DNA from: Vulcanimicrobiota bacterium
GTDB lineage: Bacteria > Vulcanimicrobiota > Vulcanimicrobiia > Vulcanimicrobiales > Vulcanimicrobiaceae
Direction: 5' to 3'
Assembly: GCA_963831815.1 (NCBI GenBank)
Contig: CAWHRL010000001.1
Location: 135,827 to 199,826 of the forward strand
Length of the DNA stretch: 64,000 bases
Below, in pieces: positions 56,260 to 64,000 of the stretch. Position 1 is the first letter of the stretch, and each line of letters opens with the position of its first letter. The position numbers and the translations under genes were made by a program. The notes beneath the pieces were generated by a model. That model did no database searches and was not told the origin of the DNA. It saw only the letters and a list, made by a program, of their open reading frames with translations.

Positions 56260-57960
56260 ATGACCGCGATCGGATGGGTACAAGCTCTCGTCTTCTTTCT
56301 CATCGTTCTCGCGCTGACCAAGCCGCTGGGCTTGTACATGGCGCGCGTCTTCCAAGGCGAGCGCACTTGGCTTAGCCCCGTGTTGGTTCCGTTCGAAAAG
56401 CTGATCTACCGTCTTTGCGGCGTTCGCGAAGGTGAAGAGATGACGTGGTACGCCTACGCGCTTTCGATGCTCGCCTTTTCGCTGATCGGTCTCGGTTATC
56501 TCTACGTCTTGCTTCGCACGCAGAAATGGCTGCCATTCAATCCCGCGCACGTCGACAATATGACGCCGGACTTGGCGTGGAACACCGCGGTCAGCTTCAC
56601 TACGAACACGAACTGGCAGTTCTATTCCGGCGAAACCGCGATGAGCTATCTCTCGCAGATGGCGGGCCTGGCTTGGCATAACTTCGTCTCGGCTGCGGTT
56701 GGCATCGCGCTCGCGGTTGCGGTCGTCCGCGGTCTGGTGCGCACCAACGTCAAGACCCTCGGCAACTTTTGGGTGGATCTCACGCGCTGTTCGCTCTACG
56801 TGCTGCTTCCGATCTCGATTGTGGTCGGACTCTTTCTCGTTTCGCAAGGCGTACCGCAGAACTTTCACGCGTACCAAAGCGTAAAGTCGATCGAAGGCTT
56901 CGCTCAGACGATTACGGGCGGCCCGATGGCCTCGCAGGAAGTCATCAAAGAGCTCGGCACCAACGGCGGCGGGTTCGTCAACGCCAACTCGGCGTCGCCG
57001 AATGAGAATCCGACGCCGTTGAGCGACCTCGTGGAGCTGCTTTTAATCTTCTCGCTGGGGGCCGGGCTGACGTACATGTACGGCAAGATGGTCAAAGACA
57101 CGCGCCAAGGCTGGGCGATCTTCATAGCGATGGCAATTCTCTTCTTTGCGGGTTTCGCCGTCGCGTACTGGGCCGAGGCAGCCGGGAACCCTATCGTCCA
57201 TCAGTTGGGCGTTGCCGGTGCGAACATGGAGGGCAAAGAGTGCCGGTTCGGCATTCCGGCGTCGGCGCTCTTTGCAACGGTCACCACCGACACCTCGTGC
57301 GGTGCGGTGAACTCCATGCACGACTCCTTTACGGCGCTCGGCGGCCTCATTCCGTTGGTCGACATGCAGCTTGGCGAGATCGTTTTCGGCGGCGTCGGCA
57401 GCGGTCTCTACGGCATGATCGTCTTCGTCGTTTTGACCGTGTTCATTGCCGGTCTGATGGTCGGGCGAACGCCCGAATATCTTGGAAAGAAAGTCGAACG
57501 CCGCGAAGTCCAGTTTGCGATTCTGGCCGCCCTCGTTACGCCGGTACTTTGCCTCGTGCCGACCGCGATTGCGGCGGTACTGCCGGCCGGCTTGGCGACG
57601 CTCAATAACGGCGGCCCACACGGCTTTTCGGAGATCCTTTACGCCTTTACGTCGACCAACGCGAACAACGGCTCTGCCTTTGCGGGGTTGGGTCCGAATC
57701 TTTTCTACAACCTGCTGACCGGCGTCAACATGATGTTCGGCCGGTTCGCGGTCGCCGTGCCGGCGCTCGCGCTGGCGGGAGCGCTCGCCGGTAAGAAGTC
57801 GGTCCCCGAAGGTCCGGGCACCTTCACAACGCACTCGGGCATCTTCGTCGCGCTGCTCATCGGCGTGATCGTGATCGTCGGAGCGCTCACATTTCTACCC
57901 GCCGACTCGCTCGGTCCGATCGTCGAACATCTGCTCATGCTGCAAGGAAAGACGTTCTAG
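56260..57960 (+). CDS. kdpA: K+-transporting ATPase subunit A
   Basis: 566 aa. Filter loops are SFTTNTNWQFYSGE, LGTNGGGF, TSCGAVNSMHDS and ANNGSAFAGLG. It is followed by kdpB and kdpC. Confidence 0.95.
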   Translation: MTAIGWVQALVFFLIVLALTKPLGLYMARVFQGERTWLSPVLVPFEKLIYRLCGVREGEEMTWYAYALSMLAFSLIGLGYLYVLLRTQKWLPFNPAHVDNMTPDLAWNTAVSFTTNTNWQFYSGETAMSYLSQMAGLAWHNFVSAAVGIALAVAVVRGLVRTNVKTLGNFWVDLTRCSLYVLLPISIVVGLFLVSQGVPQNFHAYQSVKSIEGFAQTITGGPMASQEVIKELGTNGGGFVNANSASPNENPTPLSDLVELLLIFSLGAGLTYMYGKMVKDTRQGWAIFIAMAILFFAGFAVAYWAEAAGNPIVHQLGVAGANMEGKECRFGIPASALFATVTTDTSCGAVNSMHDSFTALGGLIPLVDMQLGEIVFGGVGSGLYGMIVFVVLTVFIAGLMVGRTPEYLGKKVERREVQFAILAALVTPVLCLVPTAIAAVLPAGLATLNNGGPHGFSEILYAFTSTNANNGSAFAGLGPNLFYNLLTGVNMMFGRFAVAVPALALAGALAGKKSVPEGPGTFTTHSGIFVALLIGVIVIVGALTFLPADSLGPIVEHLLMLQGKTF

Positions 57961-57972
57961 GGATGGTCATTA

Positions 57973-60030
57973 ATGCTTAGTCAGCGGCGCTTGGAGCGAC
58001 GTCCGAAAGCTCGCCCGCTTTTGGACCGGCCGATTCTCACCCGCGCGTTCGCGGACTCGTTCGCGAAGCTCGATCCTCGCTGGCAAGCGCGCAACCCGGT
58101 GATGTTCGTGGTTGAGGTCGGTGCGGCGGCGACGACGATATTCTTCGTCCGCGACCTTCTGCGCCACACCGGCTCGCCGGGGTTCGACTTTGCGATCGCC
58201 GCGTGGCTTTGGTTTACGGTGCTATTTGCAAACTTCGCGGAGGCCGTCGCTGAAGGGCGAGGCAAAGCCCAAGCCGAGGCGCTGCGCCGCACGAAATCGG
58301 ACACATTCGCACGCTTGCTGCGTGCCGACGATACCGAGGAACGCGTCACAAGCACCAGCCTGCGCAAAGGCGACCGTTTCGTCGTCGAGGCGGACGAAAT
58401 CGTTCCCGCCGACGGGGACGTACTGGAAGGCGCGGCGACCATCGACGAATCGGCGATAACGGGCGAATCGGCTCCGGTCATCCGCGAGTCGGGCGGCGAT
58501 CGTAGCGCGGTGACCGGCGGCACGCGCGTGCTCTCCGACCGCATCGTCGCGCGCGTAACGGCAGATCCGGGCGAAAGCTTCCTCGATCGTATGATTCGCT
58601 TGGTAGAGGGCGCGCAGCGGCAGAAAACTCCAAACGAGATCGCGCTCTCCATTTTGCTGGCCGGCCTTACGATCATCTTCCTGATTGCGGTCGCCACGCT
58701 GGCTCCTTTTTCGCTTTACGCCAACACCCACCAAAGCGTCACCGTTCTGATTGCGTTGCTCGTCTGCCTCATTCCGACGACGATCGGAGGACTGCTCTCG
58801 GCAATCGGCATAGCGGGTATGGATCGCGTGATGCAGCGCAACGTCTTGGCGATGAGCGGTCGCGCCGTCGAAGCGGCCGGCGATGTCGACACGCTTTTGC
58901 TCGATAAGACCGGAACGATCACACTGGGCAACCGCCAGGCCGTCGAGATCATGACGTCTCCCGGCATTGATGCGCGCGATGCGGCGCGTATTGCCTACCT
59001 CTCCTCGCTCGCCGACGAAACTCCGGAGGGACGTTCGATCGTCGCGCTCGCGCAGCAGACCGGCGCGCGCGATGGCGAGGCGCCGGCCGGATCCGTTTTT
59101 GTTCCGTTCAGCGCCTACACGCGCATGAGCGGCCTCGACCTCGCCGACGGAACGAAAATTCGCAAGGGCGCTCCGGATTCGGTGCTTGCCTGGATCCGAG
59201 AGGCCGGCGGTAATCCGTCGAGCGACCTCACGCCCACGATCGAACGCATCGCTCGCAGCGGTGGAACGCCGCTATTGCTCGCTCGCAATACGCTGATCGT
59301 CGGCGTCATCTATCTCAAGGACATCTTGAAGCCGAACATGACCGAACGCTTCAGCCGGCTGCGTGCGATGGGGATTCGCACGGTGATGATTACGGGCGAC
59401 AATCCGCTTACCGCAGCGACGATCGCCAAGGAAGCCGGCGTCGACGACTTTCTAGCCGAGGCTACTCCAGAGACGAAGATGGAGCTCATCAAGCGCGAGC
59501 AGGGTTCGGGGCGGCTTGTTGCCATGACCGGGGACGGCACGAACGACGCGCCGGCGCTAGCTCAATCCGACGTCGGGGTGGCGATGAACTCCGGGACGCA
59601 AGCCGCAAAAGAAGCCGCGAACATGGTCGACCTCGATTCCGATCCGACCAAGCTGATCGAGATCGTCGAAATCGGCAAGCAGCTCTTGATGACGCGCGGC
59701 GCGCTTACCACTTTTTCGATCGCCAACGACGTAGCGAAATACTTTGCGATTCTGCCGGCGATGTTTGCGATCGCCTATCCTGCAATGGCCGTGCTCAACG
59801 TCATGCGCTTGACGACGCCGCAGAGCGCAATCCTCTCGGCAGTGATCTTCAACGCCCTCATTATCGTCGCCCTGATTCCGCTAGCCTTACGCGGCGTACG
59901 ATACGAACCCAAGGGCGCCAACCGCGTTCTCTTCGAGAACGTGATGCTCTATGGCGTCGGCGGGATCATCGTGCCATTCATCGGCATCAAGGTAATCGAT
60001 ATGATCCTTGCGGCGCTTCATCTGACATAG
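57973..60030 (+). CDS. kdpB: K+-transporting P-type ATPase subunit B
   Basis: DKTGTIT (phosphorylation site), [31 protein letters not shown]; 685 aa. Confidence 0.96.
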   Translation: MLSQRRLERRPKARPLLDRPILTRAFADSFAKLDPRWQARNPVMFVVEVGAAATTIFFVRDLLRHTGSPGFDFAIAAWLWFTVLFANFAEAVAEGRGKAQAEALRRTKSDTFARLLRADDTEERVTSTSLRKGDRFVVEADEIVPADGDVLEGAATIDESAITGESAPVIRESGGDRSAVTGGTRVLSDRIVARVTADPGESFLDRMIRLVEGAQRQKTPNEIALSILLAGLTIIFLIAVATLAPFSLYANTHQSVTVLIALLVCLIPTTIGGLLSAIGIAGMDRVMQRNVLAMSGRAVEAAGDVDTLLLDKTGTITLGNRQAVEIMTSPGIDARDAARIAYLSSLADETPEGRSIVALAQQTGARDGEAPAGSVFVPFSAYTRMSGLDLADGTKIRKGAPDSVLAWIREAGGNPSSDLTPTIERIARSGGTPLLLARNTLIVGVIYLKDILKPNMTERFSRLRAMGIRTVMITGDNPLTAATIAKEAGVDDFLAEATPETKMELIKREQGSGRLVAMTGDGTNDAPALAQSDVGVAMNSGTQAAKEAANMVDLDSDPTKLIEIVEIGKQLLMTRGALTTFSIANDVAKYFAILPAMFAIAYPAMAVLNVMRLTTPQSAILSAVIFNALIIVALIPLALRGVRYEPKGANRVLFENVMLYGVGGIIVPFIGIKVIDMILAALHLT

Positions 60031-60045
60031 GAACGCAAAAAAAGC

Positions 60046-60621
60046 ATGATTAGCCATCTGGGCACGTCTCTGCGCGTAACGATCGTTTCAGTGATTCTGT
60101 TGGGGCTGATCTACCCGCTGGTGATGACCGTGCTCGCGCAGGTGATCTTTCCGCGGCAAGCCGAGGGCTCACCCGTTACGATCGACGGCAGGACGGTCGG
60201 CTCCGCCATCATCGGCCAGCTTTGGAGAAAACCGCAGTACTTTCATGGCCGGCCGTCGGCCGCCGGCAAAGGTTACGATCCCACCGCGACTGGCGGAACG
60301 AATTTGGGGCCGACGTCGAAAAAGCTGATCGATTCGACCAGAGCGACGATCGCCGCGCTGGAGAAGGAGAATCCCGATGCGAGCGGCTTGCCGCCAATGG
60401 ATTTAATAACCTCCGGCGGCAGCGGCATCGACCCGGACATCACGCCGGAGGCGGCGTACTGGCAAGCGCCGCGCGTCGCGAAGGCGCGGCAAATGAGCCT
60501 TGCGGCGGTTCGAGCGCTCGTAGGACGGCACGTGCGAGGTAGAACGTTCGGCTTTCTAGGCGAGCCGCGCGTCAACGTGCTCGAGATTAACCTCGCCCTG
60601 GACGGATTACAGCCGCAATAG
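60046..60621 (+). CDS. kdpC: K+-transporting ATPase subunit C
   Basis: It has an N-terminal TM helix, then FHGRPSAAG.GYDPTATGGTNLGP and ITSGGSGIDPDITPEAA, typical of KdpC. Confidence 0.93.
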   Translation: MISHLGTSLRVTIVSVILLGLIYPLVMTVLAQVIFPRQAEGSPVTIDGRTVGSAIIGQLWRKPQYFHGRPSAAGKGYDPTATGGTNLGPTSKKLIDSTRATIAALEKENPDASGLPPMDLITSGGSGIDPDITPEAAYWQAPRVAKARQMSLAAVRALVGRHVRGRTFGFLGEPRVNVLEINLALDGLQPQ

Positions 60622-60658
60622 CCTAACGTTCTATCCGGTCTCGCCAACGGCGGTTCTT

Positions 60659-60712
60659 GTCAAAGGCAGTGTGGCGGTCAAGTAGCCGATCAGGTGTTAA
60701 AGGCAGTGTCAC
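60659..60712. repeat. Left inverted-repeat arm of the GIY-YIG cassette
   Basis: The reverse complement is GTGACACTGCCTTTAACACCTGATCGGCTACTTGACCGCCACACTGCCTTTGAC. The right-hand unit is GTGACACTGCCTTTGACG...GCTGACCGGCTACTTGAGGGTGACACTGCCTTTG. Confidence 0.7.
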
Positions 60713-60730
60713 CTGAGCGGAGTCGAAGGG
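60708..60730. repeat. Dispersed core motif copy d (GTCACCTGAGCGGAGTCGAAGGG) inside a 9-bp-stem hairpin
   Basis: It is flanked by GGCAGTGTC ... GACACTGCC inverted arms. It matches the other copies. Confidence 0.85.
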
Positions 60731-60782
60731 CGACACTGCCCTCCTCTTGCGCTCCACTTGCTGCCGCGCAGAATGCACAGCG

Positions 60783-61217
60783 ATGAAGACTTACTACGTC
60801 TACATGCTGCTCTGCGCCGACGGATCATTCTACGTTGGAATTACAAACAATCTTGAGCTGCGGATCGGGCAGCATCAGTTTGGGATCGATCCCCGATGCT
60901 ATACGTTCAAGCGCCGGCCGTTTAAGCTCGTCCACTCATCAGACTTCCATAACGTGGACGAGGCGATCGGTTGGGAGAAGCAGCTCAAAGGTTGGTCCCG
61001 CGCCAAGAAACTTGCGCTAATCGGGAGTGACTGGAAGCTGATCCACGAACTTGCTGAATGCTCCAATCAAACCGCTGCGAGGTTTTACTCGCCCGTGTCG
61101 TCCTTCGACTCCGCTCAGGATGACACGGGCGTGGTTCGCGCTCGAGACGACGAAGTTTATCCCGAGCAAAGACGAGGGGGTCAGGGTGACACTGCCCTTC
61201 GACTCCGTTCAGGGTGA
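60783..61217 (+). CDS. GIY-YIG nuclease superfamily protein (small YhbQ/UPF0213-like type), with its C-terminal tail encoded by repeat DNA
   Basis: MKTYYVYMLLCADGSFYVGITNNLELRIGQHQ...YTFKRRPFKLVHSSDFHNVDEAIGWEKQLKGWSRAKK is the GIY-(10-11)-YVG motif with the R and E core. The tail ...SSFDSAQDDTG...GDTALRLRSG is translated from repeat copies e and f, so the true stop may be functionally irrelevant. Confidence 0.8.
   Translation: MKTYYVYMLLCADGSFYVGITNNLELRIGQHQFGIDPRCYTFKRRPFKLVHSSDFHNVDEAIGWEKQLKGWSRAKKLALIGSDWKLIHELAECSNQTAARFYSPVSSFDSAQDDTGVVRARDDEVYPEQRRGGQGDTALRLRSG
61102..61124. repeat. Dispersed core motif copy e (CCTTCGACTCCGCTCAGGATGAC), hairpin-flanked
   Basis: It is flanked by GCCCGTGTC ... 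GACACGGGC inverted arms, in reverse orientation relative to copies a, c and d. Confidence 0.85.
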
Positions 61218-61218
61218 C
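61195..61218. repeat. Dispersed core motif copy f (CCCTTCGACTCCGTTCAGGGTGAC)
   Basis: It matches the other copies directly. It is flanked by direct GGGTGACACTGCC copies and leads into the tandem array. Confidence 0.8.
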
Positions 61219-61405
61219 ACTGCCTTTGACGACGCCCGCTTTGACGGCTGACCGGCTACTCGAGGGTGACACTGCCTTTGACGACGCCCGCTTTGACGGC
61301 TGACCGGCTACTCGAGGGCGACACTGCCTTTGACGACGCCCGCTTTGACGGCTGACCGGCTACTTGAGGGTGACACTGCCTTTGGCGGCTGACCCGCTAC
61401 TCGTC
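61212..61405. repeat. Tandem repeat with a 52-bp unit, three full copies plus a shortened fourth
   Basis: GGGTGACACTGCC recurs at 61212, 61264, 61316 (one G>C change) and 61368. The unit is GGGTGACACTGCCTTTGACGACGCCCGCTTTGACGGCTGACCGGCTACTCGA. The last unit lacks the internal CTTTGACG duplication and overlaps the stop of the kdpD-like ORF. Confidence 0.92.
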
Positions 61406-63529
61406 GGAGATGACGGAGGCGTCTGTTGCATTGCCGGGTGGTTGAAGAACGAGCAGTTCGCGAGCTCCGGCGTCGAGCAATCTGCGCGGAAATGCCGGAC
61501 GCTGCGGCCAACGTGAAGCATGTTGCGGACCCGCTACCGCAATCGTCGTTTCGGGACGCGACCGCGCCACGTCGAGCAATGCTTTCGGCACGTCTTCGGC
61601 AACGAGTTCGATCCACTCCGTGTTGGTCTTACGCGCTTCGGCCCGGAGCTTTTCGACGATTACGGAATCCACTTTTTCGCGCGGCGCGTTGACGTGAGCG
61701 ATCGCAAACTCAATCGCAAGACGCGCCGCGACTTTGCCCGCGCGCGCGACCATGGTGAGATCGACCTCGCGCGAACCGACTGCCAGCAGAATTCGCTCGA
61801 AGGGCGACGTTATTCGTTCGCGGTGGCGAGCGCGGAGCGCCTCGCGGAGTGCAAGCTCGCGCAGTGCGAAGAGATTTTCCGTGCGAAAGAAATTCGCGAG
61901 CGCCGCTTCGCAGCGTTCGGGCGGATAGATCTTTCCGTCGCGCAACCTCTGGCGTAGCGTCTCGGGCGTGACGTCGATGAGGATCACCTCGTCGGCGAGC
62001 GTCAGGATTCCGTCGGGCAGCGTTTCCCGGACGATCGTTCCGGTCAGCCGCAAGACCGTGTCGCCCAAACCTTCGAGATGTTGGACGTTGAGCGTCGTTA
62101 TCACGTCGATGCCCGCGCGGAGAACGGCCAGCACGTCGTAGAAGCGCTTGGGTGCAATCGAGCCCGGCGCGTTAGTATGCGCGAGCTCGTCGATCAACGC
62201 GACCTGAGGCTTTCGCGCGATAAGCGCATCGCGGTCGAATTCGCGGTAGGTCATACCGTTGACCGCGACGACCTTCGGCGGGATGACCTCCAAACCGTCG
62301 AGCAACGCCGCCGTTTCCTTCCGCCCATGTGTTTCGACGAAGCCCACCACAACGTCGATGCCATCCGCGCGAAGCTGGTGCGCGCGATCGAGCATCGCGT
62401 AAGTCTTTCCCGCTCCGGCGGCGGCGCCGATGTAGACGGTGAGCCTTCCGTAACCTACGCGCAGACGGTCCCCGGCGGTTTGCGAGTACGGCGAGCGCAC
62501 CGGATTCGCACCTAGATACGTTTGACCCGCGCCGACAATGAAAAGGTCGTACGGAAGCGGCAAGTTGGCGAGCTTCGCCGCAATTCGACCGTGGGGAAGC
62601 GCCACGAGCGACGCCCGTAGCGCGTCGCCGGGCAAACTTGACGGATCGAATGTTTCGTGGAGCATCTCGCCGCCCAGGTCGCGGCTGATGCGCTCGAGCG
62701 ACGCGCGATCTACGCCCGCAACCGCAACCACCTCGAGTCCAAGGTCGAGAGCCTGTGCGATCGCCGCCGTCCGCTTGAGGTACGCGATCTGATCGACGTT
62801 GGGGTAGACGAAGGCGGCCGCCATGGAGGTGCGGCCGTCCCTTACCGCCGGGAGCGTGAGGCTATCCACGGTGCGCAGCAGCAGCTCGCGGAGCATGTAG
62901 AGCGTCTGCTCTTTGAAGATTCCGTTTAGCGCACGCTCGATGTCCGCCTCGTTAACGATCTTCCCGGCCCTTACGCGGCTCTGGAGCAGGCGGGGCGAAA
63001 CGTCGAGCGCTACGACCTCGTCAGCGGCTTGCAGAAACGAGAGCGGGATGATTTCCCGCACCGGGAAGCCGATGAGCGACTCGACCGCCGGCGCCACGTT
63101 TTCGAGATGCTGAATGTTGAAGGCGCCGATGACTCCGATGCCGTGGTTCTTTAGCGCGAGCGCGTCTTGCCAGCGCTTCGCGTTCGTCGAATCGCCCAGA
63201 TTGTCGTGTGCGAGCTCGTCGAGAACGACGACGTCGGGCTTTTCGCGCAGCGCGGCCTCGTAATCGAAGTCCTCGAAGACGCGTTCCCCGAGCGTGACCC
63301 GCCGCGGCGCAATGCGAGGCAATCCCGCGGCTATGCGCTCGAGCTCCGGACGTCCCTTCGTCTCAATCCATCCGATGGCCACGCGTTTGCCGTCCGCAGC
63401 AAGGCGCCGCGCGTCTTCGAGCAGCCGTCGAGTCTTACCGGAACCGGGGGCGCTGGCGACATAAACGACGAGTCGCGGGCGACCGCCGATTTCGCGCAGC
63501 AGCTCTTCCGCTCGCGCCGTGCGATCCAT
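61397..63529 (-). CDS. KdpD-like sensor lacking TM and kinase domains: two tandem KdpD-N-terminal plus USP-like modules
   Basis: Module 1 has VVYVASAPGSGKT...GWIETKGRPE...VLDELAHDN...FNIQHLE. Module 2 has TVYIGAAAGAGKT...GFVETHGRKE...LIDELAHTN...LNVQHLE. Each is followed by a USP-like segment. No hydrophobic helices and no HisKA or HATPase motifs are visible. Confidence 0.85.
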   Translation of the reverse strand: MDRTARAEELLREIGGRPRLVVYVASAPGSGKTRRLLEDARRLAADGKRVAIGWIETKGRPELERIAAGLPRIAPRRVTLGERVFEDFDYEAALREKPDVVVLDELAHDNLGDSTNAKRWQDALALKNHGIGVIGAFNIQHLENVAPAVESLIGFPVREIIPLSFLQAADEVVALDVSPRLLQSRVRAGKIVNEADIERALNGIFKEQTLYMLRELLLRTVDSLTLPAVRDGRTSMAAAFVYPNVDQIAYLKRTAAIAQALDLGLEVVAVAGVDRASLERISRDLGGEMLHETFDPSSLPGDALRASLVALPHGRIAAKLANLPLPYDLFIVGAGQTYLGANPVRSPYSQTAGDRLRVGYGRLTVYIGAAAGAGKTYAMLDRAHQLRADGIDVVVGFVETHGRKETAALLDGLEVIPPKVVAVNGMTYREFDRDALIARKPQVALIDELAHTNAPGSIAPKRFYDVLAVLRAGIDVITTLNVQHLEGLGDTVLRLTGTIVRETLPDGILTLADEVILIDVTPETLRQRLRDGKIYPPERCEAALANFFRTENLFALRELALREALRARHRERITSPFERILLAVGSREVDLTMVARAGKVAARLAIEFAIAHVNAPREKVDSVIVEKLRAEARKTNTEWIELVAEDVPKALLDVARSRPETTIAVAGPQHASRWPQRPAFPRRLLDAGARELLVLQPPGNATDASVISDE

Positions 63530-63591
63530 CGCCGCCAGCCTTCTCCGCTTCAGGCAAGGCGCCCCCGCCGGTCGGCCCGAAAACGCGCGTG

Positions 63592-64000
63592 CGTGGCTTG
63601 GCTTTGTTACGGCTTACTCGCCCTCGCCTGGATCGTCGATCTCGTGACTCCGCAGCTTTTCATTGCGGCGATCTTGTTCAACGGACCGATCGCGCTCAGT
63701 AGCCTTGCGCTCCAGAGCAGACTGACCACCAACCTCGTGATCGTAGCCGAAATTGCGAACGTCGTCGCGGGGTACGTCAACGGAGTTCAAGCCGGCTATC
63801 ATTGGGACAGCATCGCGATCGGAGACCGGCTGCTCCTTGCCGCGTCTTTTGTGTTGGTCGGCTATTTGAGCGTCAAGACGCAGGAGTACGCTCGCGAGGC
63901 GGGAGTCTCGGCGGGGCGCATGCGCCAAGTAGAGATCGAAAAATCGCTTCGTGAGGCGACCGGCCGCGTGCGCGAAACGCTCAACGTCGAGCTCGTGCAG
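63592..64000 (+). CDS. Partial membrane protein (N-terminal TM bundle, then a coiled segment); possible sensor; the 3' end lies beyond the window
   Basis: My own translation from the GTG at 63592 is VAWLCYGLLALAWIVDLVTPQLFIAAILFNGPIALSSLAL...LVIVAEIANVVAGYV...LLLAASFVLVGYLSVKTQEYAREAG...EIEKSLREATGRVRETLNVELVQ. It is open to the window end and divergent from the kdpD-like gene. Confidence 0.45.

Larger units (their letters stand above)
60650..61405. mobile_element. GIY-YIG cassette bounded by inverted repeats (putative small mobile or REP-associated element)
   Basis: The left arm (60659-60712) is the reverse complement of one unit of the right-hand 52-bp array (61212-61405). Core hairpin motifs lie at 60708, 61102 and 61195, and the single ORF is a GIY-YIG nuclease. 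The cassette fills the gap between kdpC and the convergent kdpD-like gene. Confidence 0.45.

Noticed and set aside
61212-61405. A possible CRISPR array suggested by the regularly spaced repeats.
   Set aside because: The units are directly abutting 52-bp tandem copies with no unique spacers between them. No cas genes are nearby.

Overview
This is a high-GC bacterial chromosomal segment. The organism looks diderm, because TolC, several beta-barrel outer-membrane proteins and an RND/MFP adaptor are present. The lineage is not assignable from sequence alone. The window is mostly housekeeping and transport genes (about 60 CDS): a sufC-sufD-sufS-sufU operon with a divergent SufR-like regulator and an extra NifU-like scaffold; folD; a tlpA-like redoxin; a secreted-enzyme cluster; an MFP-TolC pair; two orphan family-5 solute-binding proteins; NDH-2; an isopropylmalate/homocitrate-synthase family enzyme; fumC; efp; plsY; der; miaB; mutS; mutL; miaA; dapF; a NhaP antiporter; and a full kdpFABC operon. 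I found no rRNA, tRNA or CRISPR array. Eight things stand out. (1) A clear M-box (ykoK-type) Mg2+ riboswitch with an intrinsic terminator sits upstream of an NRAMP-family transporter whose metal-site motifs are non-canonical (NRMT-like). (2) A GIY-YIG nuclease cassette lies between kdpC and a kdpD-like gene, bounded by about 50-nt inverted repeats and a 52-bp tandem array. Its about 23-nt core motif is scattered at six sites in this window, including inside the M-box. (3) A second, divergent kdpA paralog sits in a porin-amt-kdpA operon, with substitutions in three of its four selectivity-filter loops. (4) A kinase-less KdpD-like protein is built from two tandem KdpD-N/USP modules. (5) A 12-mer, TCGGATCATCC(A/G), is shared by the regions upstream of both kdpA genes. 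(6) An extra KdpF-like micro-ORF is chained to kdpF. (7) A decay island holds a multiply frameshifted VOC gene and a degraded tandem copy of an M55 peptidase. (8) An LCP-family gene is broken by a single-base frameshift. All calls come from reading the translations and the DNA by eye. No database searches were run.
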